The notes under the pieces were generated by a model. It was not told the origin of the DNA. It did not search any database and worked only from the letters and a program-made list of their open reading frames with translations. A stretch of DNA of 10,856 nucleotides. Source: Candidatus Heimdallarchaeota archaeon. Its GTDB lineage: Archaea > Asgardarchaeota > Heimdallarchaeia > Heimdallarchaeales > Heimdallarchaeaceae. Below are positions 1-6,085 of the stretch, piece after piece. Where the stretch lies: positions 1 to 10,856 of the forward strand of contig JAEOTE010000049.1 of assembly GCA_016839945.1 (NCBI GenBank), in the 5' to 3' direction. The position numbers were made by a program, and so were the translations under genes. Positions within the stretch are counted from its first letter, which is position 1. Each line of letters starts with the position of its first letter.

Positions 1-791
1 ACCTCTTTCTTTACTTGGCTGTGTGTGCTAATATAATCATTTACAATTGCTTTAGGCTTTCTGTTTGAGAATCCTTTTCCTATACCAGCTCCTACATCTA
101 GAGTTTGATCATCCTCAAAATTAAGCCAACTAAAACCTTTTTCATAACCATATCTATAATACATGATGTTTTTTTCTATTCTATGTCCTTCCCACTCTAT
201 TTCCTCTCCTTCTACTAAATGAAGTTCCCTGTAAGCATCAGTAAAATCCTTATCTTCAAGTGGGGAATTCAGATCTAGAACTTCTATGTTTCTTCCTAAG
301 ATTCTTTCTTTCCCAGAACAATCTACTATTATTCTTGCATTTTCAATTATTCCATCCTTCTTTCTAACACCTATCAACCATTGACCTTTCCCAATAGGTT
401 CTACAATTTCTGTTTCAAAGAGAAATTCTGCTCCAGCTTTTTCTGCCATTTTGACTAATCTTTCTTGATATAGTTTCCTGTCTACTATCCAGTAATTATA
501 AAAACCAAGATGAATGATATTTTCAAAATTAGGAGTAATTATAGCTAGATGATCTCTATCATTCTTCCGCTCATTACCTTTAGGAGCTGGAATACTTGCA
601 TAAGCAAAAGCTTCTTTTTCTACCGAATCACACCAATCATGTCCCAAATCCTTTCTTGCCTTCTTTTCAAAAACTTTCACTTTTAGTCTAGCATTTGCTA
701 AATGAAAAGCAAGAACACTGCCAGCTATACCTGAACCCACAATAATTACATCGGTAGGTCTAGGTTTAGGTTTCCCTTTCTTTTTTGACAT
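1..791 (-). CDS. Geranylgeranyl reductase-family FAD-dependent oxidoreductase (N-terminal part; runs off the left window edge)
   Basis: Manual translation from ATG at 791 is open to the window edge: MSKKKGKPKPRPTDVIIVGSGIAGSVLAFHLANARLKVKVFEKK... It has a Rossmann GxGxxG (GSGIAG) closed by VFE, 'WIVDRKLYQERLVKMAEKAGAEF' (the DR..f...L...A...Ga segment), 'ARIIVDCSG' (DAxG-type FAD motif) and 'GFSWLNF...LDVGAG' (equivalent of GYxWxFP...vnVG). Confidence 0.85.
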   Translation of the reverse strand, partial: MSKKKGKPKPRPTDVIIVGSGIAGSVLAFHLANARLKVKVFEKKARKDLGHDWCDSVEKEAFAYASIPAPKGNERKNDRDHLAIITPNFENIIHLGFYNYWIVDRKLYQERLVKMAEKAGAEFLFETEIVEPIGKGQWLIGVRKKDGIIENARIIVDCSGKERILGRNIEVLDLNSPLEDKDFTDAYRELHLVEGEEIEWEGHRIEKNIMYYRYGYEKGFSWLNFEDDQTLDVGAGIGKGFSNRKPKAIVNDYISTHSQVKKE

Positions 792-853
792 TAAAATAAT
801 GTAAATGTCTTTGTTCTTTAGTTTTATCATTTAAGGATGAAAGAATAGGACTA

Positions 854-1459
854 TCATGCCCATAAGATTTCAAGTAGAAAAGTTAAGCCTGCTACCAATA
901 ATGCAGCTGGAATGATTTTTAAAGCATAGATGAGTTTGTTTTCTTTAGATACAGCTCCTAGAAATATTCCCAAAACTACAACTTCAACAGCTATTACGCA
1001 AAAAGAAATTATGTAAGCTACTAGCAGTTGTAATCCTGCAAATACAAAGAAAAATGGAAAAATCGCAATTACTGAAAATAGGAATGGAGATATTCCATCA
1101 ACTGCAGCAATAATTACAGCTGTCCAAAAATTTGCTTTTGTAATCTTGGTATTGTTAAGATCGGTAACCATAACTTCCTCAAGTTCTTTCCTTTCTCTAG
1201 TTCTTTCAGCTCTTTCTGTTAGATATGCAATCCAGAAACCTGATACACCCATTGCAATACTTGCACCTACTCCTGAAGAAATGAGTAATCTAGCACTTTC
1301 CATATCAGTGTGACCAGCTATGGCTGCAATAAAAGAACCTAATATTATTCCCAGAGCAGTGAGGGCTCCATCAAAACCATTCATAACAAAATATCTGCGC
1401 AAAATATTTTCTCCCTCAGTCATAGACAATATTTGCCTAATTTCGCGAATGCTTTTCAA
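854..1459 (-). CDS. VIT1/CCC1-family (TIGR00267-like) membrane protein, putative Fe/Mn transporter
   Basis: 201 aa with about 5 hydrophobic segments. Shows 'RRYFVMNGFDGALTALGI' (conserved DG), 'SIAMGVSG' (conserved Met) and a Glu-rich cytoplasmic loop TERAERTRERKELEE. TTG start preceded by AGGGA; tandem stops TGA-TAG at 851-856. Confidence 0.85.
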   Translation of the reverse strand: MKSIREIRQILSMTEGENILRRYFVMNGFDGALTALGIILGSFIAAIAGHTDMESARLLISSGVGASIAMGVSGFWIAYLTERAERTRERKELEEVMVTDLNNTKITKANFWTAVIIAAVDGISPFLFSVIAIFPFFFVFAGLQLLVAYIISFCVIAVEVVVLGIFLGAVSKENKLIYALKIIPAALLVAGLTFLLEILWA

Positions 1460-1508
1460 TTGTTATTTCCCTAAATTACTCTTATAATTTTCTGAAGTTA
1501 GGAAGTAG

Positions 1509-1521
1509 ATATAAAGTTTAT
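1509..1521 (-). promoter_or_regulatory. Putative archaeal TATA box for the VIT1-family gene
   Basis: The reverse strand reads ATAAAC-TTTATAT about 50 nt upstream of the TTG start, an A-rich BRE-like stretch followed by a TTTATA box. Confidence 0.45.
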
Positions 1522-1604
1522 GCTTCAATATTCCGACAAAAAAAATTAATTTCTCTTAGTTTCCTTTTTTCGTTCTTCAGTTTTAACACTTTCATAGTGC
1601 TCCC

Positions 1605-1620
1605 CAAAAACATTTTAATA
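1605..1620 (+). promoter_or_regulatory. Putative BRE/TATA promoter for the nurA-herA-mre11-rad50 operon
   Basis: CAAAAACA-TTTTAATA ends 35 nt upstream of the nurA ATG in the divergent intergenic region. The AT-rich background lowers specificity. Confidence 0.4.
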
Positions 1621-1627
1621 ATATTTT

Positions 1628-1648
1628 ACTCCTTTTGACAGGAGGAGT
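1628..1648 (+). promoter_or_regulatory. Inverted repeat/hairpin overlapping the nurA Shine-Dalgarno sequence (AGGAGG 1640-1645)
   Basis: ACTCCTTTT-GAC-AGGAGGAGT: perfect 6-bp arms ACTCCT/AGGAGT, extendable to 9 bp as RNA with two U-G wobbles. Confidence 0.5.
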
Positions 1649-1654
1649 TAGGTA

Positions 1655-2977
1655 ATGCAAGTTTTTTTTGACCGAACATTAGAAAATGAATTTGAAAAGA
1701 TATATACAAAATTCAAAGCTATCGAGTTAAAAGCGGATGAAGCTTATCAAGCTGATTTATCATATTTAACAAAAAAGCTTCAAGTTTTCGAACCTTGTGC
1801 ATCTCTTTGTGATAGAGAGGATTTCAATTCATCTGCAATCGATGGATCTGGAGCTGAAAGTTTAGTTTCTCTCAATGATATTTCTATTCATTTACTTACA
1901 GCTGCTTTTGCAGCTGATACTACAAATTTCAGTATGGGAACTACTAAAGAAATAAATATTTCTCCTCCCGTATGTACTCATCCTGAAGGTATAACAAGAC
2001 TCATTCTTCTAAGAGAGGATAAAAAAACGGAAGTGTGGGATGAATTCAAGGATTTTATATTATACAATTATAAAGAAAATCTCTCTGATGTTGTATTTAG
2101 AGTAATCAAAGATATTGTTGAAACCGCTTATAAGCAGAAACATCCTGATGAAGCTCTTCCAAAACTAGATACAGAAACAAGTATACGGATGGCTGCTGTT
2201 TCTATCGGTCTTAATTTGTACAAGGATAACTTTGATAATTTTTCCTCATGGATGGTTTCACCAAGAGCTAATGCACCTCGAGGTTGGTTTGAACAATTTC
2301 GAGAAGTTCTGGAGTATTCTGTTGCTAACGCATTACTGAATTCAAAAGAGTATTTCAAGTACATCTTTCTAGATGGTTCAATGAATATGCTAATGTCTCC
2401 AGGCCAAAAACAACCTCGTTTAGCATCTAACTACCTTTTAAGGGATATAAATCTTAAAGCTATTGAGAAAAAAACCTGTATTGTTGCAGTTAGTAAAACT
2501 ACTACTTTTCCTTTTATTTACAGACTTGCTCAAGATTTGGAGAAGAGTCTCGGGATGGAGAAAAAGTGGTTTGTCCGAATCCCCACAGAAAAGAGAGATA
2601 AATATATACTCAATGTTTTAAAGGATAGACCTCATATTCCTCCAGCTTATGGAGTAACTTATCTCTTTCACTTCTCTTCTGAAGTGCCTATTTTGCGAAT
2701 AGATTTTGATGAAAAATGGTGGCTTGAAAACATCTATTCAGAAGACAAATCGAAAGAGAGAGAAAATGAAATAGAGATCTTTCAGGATATTGATTGGCTT
2801 GCTCGAGATGTTAGATATTATGGGTATTTCTTTGATTTAGCATTTGCTCATAATACAACTATAGTTCGTTTTCCTGAAAGAGATGACGTGGCAGGTAGAT
2901 TAATAGATTACTTTGTAGAAAAGGGTGAAAACCCAAAGATGTTTATACATCCAAGAAAAAGATTAGGATTAATGTGA
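1655..2977 (+). CDS. nurA: NurA 5'-3' nuclease (DNA double-strand break repair)
   Basis: Two DGS catalytic motifs (AIDGS, D63; FLDGS, D240), VAVSKT, the IDF strand and a C-terminal GYxxxLxxAH motif (GYFFDLAFAH). It lies directly upstream of herA and has a strong SD. Confidence 0.9.
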   Translation: MQVFFDRTLENEFEKIYTKFKAIELKADEAYQADLSYLTKKLQVFEPCASLCDREDFNSSAIDGSGAESLVSLNDISIHLLTAAFAADTTNFSMGTTKEINISPPVCTHPEGITRLILLREDKKTEVWDEFKDFILYNYKENLSDVVFRVIKDIVETAYKQKHPDEALPKLDTETSIRMAAVSIGLNLYKDNFDNFSSWMVSPRANAPRGWFEQFREVLEYSVANALLNSKEYFKYIFLDGSMNMLMSPGQKQPRLASNYLLRDINLKAIEKKTCIVAVSKTTTFPFIYRLAQDLEKSLGMEKKWFVRIPTEKRDKYILNVLKDRPHIPPAYGVTYLFHFSSEVPILRIDFDEKWWLENIYSEDKSKERENEIEIFQDIDWLARDVRYYGYFFDLAFAHNTTIVRFPERDDVAGRLIDYFVEKGENPKMFIHPRKRLGLM

Positions 2978-2990
2978 GAAGGTGATATGA

Positions 2991-4790
2991 ATGGAATTAG
3001 AACTACCAGAACCTATTGGAATTTTAGCTGAAGGAGATATTTCAACACTTAAAATTGTATGCACTGATATTCGTTTCCAGATTGGAGAAATACTAATAAT
3101 TAAACCATTAAAAGGAAGACGAGTATTTCTATTTCGAGTGATGAATTATGAAAATATCTTGAGGAATATTCAAGATATGTCTACAATAGCTGCTAATTTT
3201 CTTAAGAATAGGGAAGCGTATATTGCAAGAGTTGAATCTGAAAAATTAGTTAAAGTACATGGACTTCTAATGGGCTATAGTGAATACAATAGTGAAACAG
3301 AGAGTTGGGATTTTAGGAAACCAAGAGTTTTACCTCCCCACTTCTCAGAAGTCTTTAGAGGTTCTGAATGCTCAGAAGCTCTGTCTTTAATTTTGAAAGA
3401 TGAGATTGGAGAACACATAGAAGTAGGAAAATTACTTATTGGAACATCCACTTTGGATATTCCTATTCGAATTGACCTAGATTCACTTCCTATGCATGTA
3501 CAAGTTGCAGGTACTACAGGAGCAGGTAAATCTTTCTTTATGCTTACATTCATAACCTCAGCTCTGAAAAACAATCTCATAAATTGGGCTAAGCAAGAAG
3601 ATATTAGAAATAAAGTATCAGTTTTCATGGTTGATGTTCATGACGAGTATATGAGAGGATTACCATTTAAAGACAAAAGAAAAGGAATCATCGATATAGC
3701 TAATTCTATTCCAAAGGGAGAGAAAGATCAATTTAAAGCTCTTTTTGGAGATAAGTTTTATCTCACTAGAGAATTAGATGCAATTCCAACCGAGATGCAG
3801 AAATACTCTAAAGCTATTCGTTTTAGGAGAGAAGATCTCTTTGTTAGTGATATCACTTCTGTGATGCTTGTTTCTGATCAAATGGTTGGTTTTATGAACA
3901 GAGCTAGAGGAATTCAAGATGATTGGGTAACGAAAATAGAAGAATTAGATGAGAGTGAAAATCTAGGTTTTGCTACTGGAACAGTAAATGCAGTAAGGAG
4001 AAGATTATACCCAATTATCAAATCTCAAATCTTTACAGCTGATGAATATAGTGACCTTGCTGAGATTATATACAATTTAGAACAAGGACATTTCTATAAT
4101 TTCAGTACTGCGTTATTAACATCAAGTGAACAGTTCGTTGTTATAACTATGGTTGCAAGAACTCTGTTTTCTTTACGTCAAGCTCTAATGTCCTCAACAA
4201 AGTGGAATCAGTTTAAGGAACAAGTGTATTCGAAACTACCTAAGAAAATTGCTAGTGAATTGTTAGGAGAAAGCAGCAATTCAAAGTACTCAATAAAAGA
4301 CCTTTACTTGGAAGATAAAGATCAAATGAAGACAGTCGATAAGTTACCTATCATTATGGTAACTGTTGAAGAAGCTCCTAGTATTCTTGGTTCTCAAATG
4401 TCTAAAGAAGGTAATATCTTCATCGATATCTCTCGTCAAGGAAGAAAATTCCGTATAGGTTTGCTACTGATTACTCAAAATATCTCTTCAATGGAACCAA
4501 TAATTCTTGCTAATACTAACACTGAGTTAAACATGATGTTAGGTAACGAAATTGAGGTCAGACAGGCAATAATTAATGCTAGTAATAACATTTCAGGTTA
4601 CGAGAACGAGTTTAAAGTTCTTAGTAGAGGAGAAGCAATTTTGACAAATTCATTGAGAAACATTCCTCTACCTGTAAAGGTAAGTAATGTTCCATTATAT
4701 ATTGAAGAAGAATTACCTTTCTTCAAAAAACCTTTTGAGAAACTAAAGATACAGAGAACCAAAACCAAATCAACAGAAATACCTATCTAA
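2991..4790 (+). CDS. herA: HerA/FtsK-family DNA translocase ATPase (HerA)
   Basis: N-terminal HAS-barrel-like beta region; H-x-x-V-AGTTGAGKS Walker A (3510-3533); VDVHDEY (DxHGEY-like); Walker B VTVEEAP (EEAP at 4368-4379); RQGRKF arginine-finger motif; LITQ and ILANTNT. SD GGTGA at 2981-2985. Confidence 0.93.
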   Translation: MELELPEPIGILAEGDISTLKIVCTDIRFQIGEILIIKPLKGRRVFLFRVMNYENILRNIQDMSTIAANFLKNREAYIARVESEKLVKVHGLLMGYSEYNSETESWDFRKPRVLPPHFSEVFRGSECSEALSLILKDEIGEHIEVGKLLIGTSTLDIPIRIDLDSLPMHVQVAGTTGAGKSFFMLTFITSALKNNLINWAKQEDIRNKVSVFMVDVHDEYMRGLPFKDKRKGIIDIANSIPKGEKDQFKALFGDKFYLTRELDAIPTEMQKYSKAIRFRREDLFVSDITSVMLVSDQMVGFMNRARGIQDDWVTKIEELDESENLGFATGTVNAVRRRLYPIIKSQIFTADEYSDLAEIIYNLEQGHFYNFSTALLTSSEQFVVITMVARTLFSLRQALMSSTKWNQFKEQVYSKLPKKIASELLGESSNSKYSIKDLYLEDKDQMKTVDKLPIIMVTVEEAPSILGSQMSKEGNIFIDISRQGRKFRIGLLLITQNISSMEPIILANTNTELNMMLGNEIEVRQAIINASNNISGYENEFKVLSRGEAILTNSLRNIPLPVKVSNVPLYIEEELPFFKKPFEKLKIQRTKTKSTEIPI

Positions 4791-4801
4791 ATGGTGAAAA
4801 A

Positions 4802-6085
4802 ATGGTAAAACTTCTACATTTTTCTGATACTCATGTATCACATCGTCGGTTTAGAGATGTCAAGGATTCTTGGAAAATTCATAATCGGGTAACTTGGATT
4901 GAAGAAGACTATTGTCAGGGATTCAAAGAAGCTTTAGAGATAGCTGCAAAAATTGATTGTGATTATTTAGTTCATTCAGGAGATCTTTTTGACATTCCTG
5001 TTGGAAGAAATTTCTCAGGTCCTACAGAATACTCAAGAGCATTTGTTATTAGAGAACTAAAGAATTTCTTTGAAAAAACTAACTATGAAAAACTTTTGAT
5101 TATAATTGATGGGAACCATGGAACATACTTAACAAGAAACAATAGCACTTTGGAATTCATTCAAGCTGCTTTTCCAGATAATGTCCATATCTTTACTAAC
5201 TATCATCTTAAGGATGCTATTAGAAAAAACACACCCTTAATTCTGGAAATGGAAGATGTCAATTTCTATCTTTTCCCATATCTGAAATTTGGTAGATTAG
5301 AAACTTGGTATGAAGAGTATGAGAAATGGTTAGTAAATAATCAACAACCTGATTCTTCTAAAATATCAATTGCTGTAGCTCATGGAATGGATAGAGGAAT
5401 GGATCTTCATGAACTGGTCCTTCAATACAAGTATGATTATGTTGCTTTGGGTCATGACCATAATCAAAGAAGAATTAAGAAAAATGCATGGCAGTGTGGT
5501 AGTACTGCTAAGTATACCTTTGCTGAGAGAGACCAAAAGAAAGGAGTTTTAGAAGTTCAAATTAAGAAAGGAGAAGATCCCACTATTACTCCACATTTGA
5601 TTAAAAAAACAAGACGAATGAAACAAATAGATATGACACTTAATACTGATTTAACTGTTGTTGAATTTGAAAAGAAACTAAAGGAGAAAATGTCTGAGTT
5701 TAAAGCTGTTTTCAATGGTGAAAATGCAACAAGATTGAAGTTCAGTTTTGATGGATCAATTTTACTCTCGAACTGGTGGAATATGGAAGATATTCTCATT
5801 GAACTTCAGAAGGATGGTTTAGGTGATAATTATAATCTTCTGGAATTTAGATGGGATTCTGGAGATGTAAAGAAACGTGCTCCTATTAGTTTAGAGAAAA
5901 GTGCACAATTATATGATTATCTGATTGAAGATCCTGTTGAAGATTTTGAGAGATATATCCGATCTTTGAGTCTCGAGAATGAGAAACAAGCAATGCAGTT
6001 CATAGATTTAGGTGCAAAAATCATAGAAGAAGTTTTTACGTATACTGCAAAGGAAGAAGAATCTGAAAAGGAGGAGACTTCATGA
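4802..6085 (+). CDS. mre11: Mre11/SbcD-family metallophosphoesterase nuclease
   Basis: Five phosphoesterase motifs: SDTH, GDLFD, GNH, AHG and YVALGHDH. These are followed by CGS...E...KG and a C-terminal helix-loop-helix like the Rad50-binding domain. SD GGTGA at 4793-4797; overlaps rad50 by ATGA. Confidence 0.93.
   Translation: MVKLLHFSDTHVSHRRFRDVKDSWKIHNRVTWIEEDYCQGFKEALEIAAKIDCDYLVHSGDLFDIPVGRNFSGPTEYSRAFVIRELKNFFEKTNYEKLLIIIDGNHGTYLTRNNSTLEFIQAAFPDNVHIFTNYHLKDAIRKNTPLILEMEDVNFYLFPYLKFGRLETWYEEYEKWLVNNQQPDSSKISIAVAHGMDRGMDLHELVLQYKYDYVALGHDHNQRRIKKNAWQCGSTAKYTFAERDQKKGVLEVQIKKGEDPTITPHLIKKTRRMKQIDMTLNTDLTVVEFEKKLKEKMSEFKAVFNGENATRLKFSFDGSILLSNWWNMEDILIELQKDGLGDNYNLLEFRWDSGDVKKRAPISLEKSAQLYDYLIEDPVEDFERYIRSLSLENEKQAMQFIDLGAKIIEEVFTYTAKEEESEKEETS

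Noticed and set aside
1534-1572. A8 and T6 tracts as a possible hairpin, terminator or small RNA
   Set aside because: Only homopolymer pairing in an AT-rich spacer; no GC stem or tRNA-like fold.
2128-2364. 78-aa antisense ORF inside nurA
   Set aside because: Shadow of a well-supported gene; no motif.
2948-2974. NLS-like HPRKR at the NurA C-terminus
   Set aside because: Short basic clusters are common in DNA-binding proteins; nothing supports a targeting role in a prokaryote.
3275-3628. 117-aa antisense ORF inside herA
   Set aside because: Lies opposite the conserved Walker A region; Ser/Ile-rich composition typical of antisense frames.
5557-5799. 80-aa antisense ORF inside mre11
   Set aside because: Phe/Ser-rich mirror of Lys/Glu codons.
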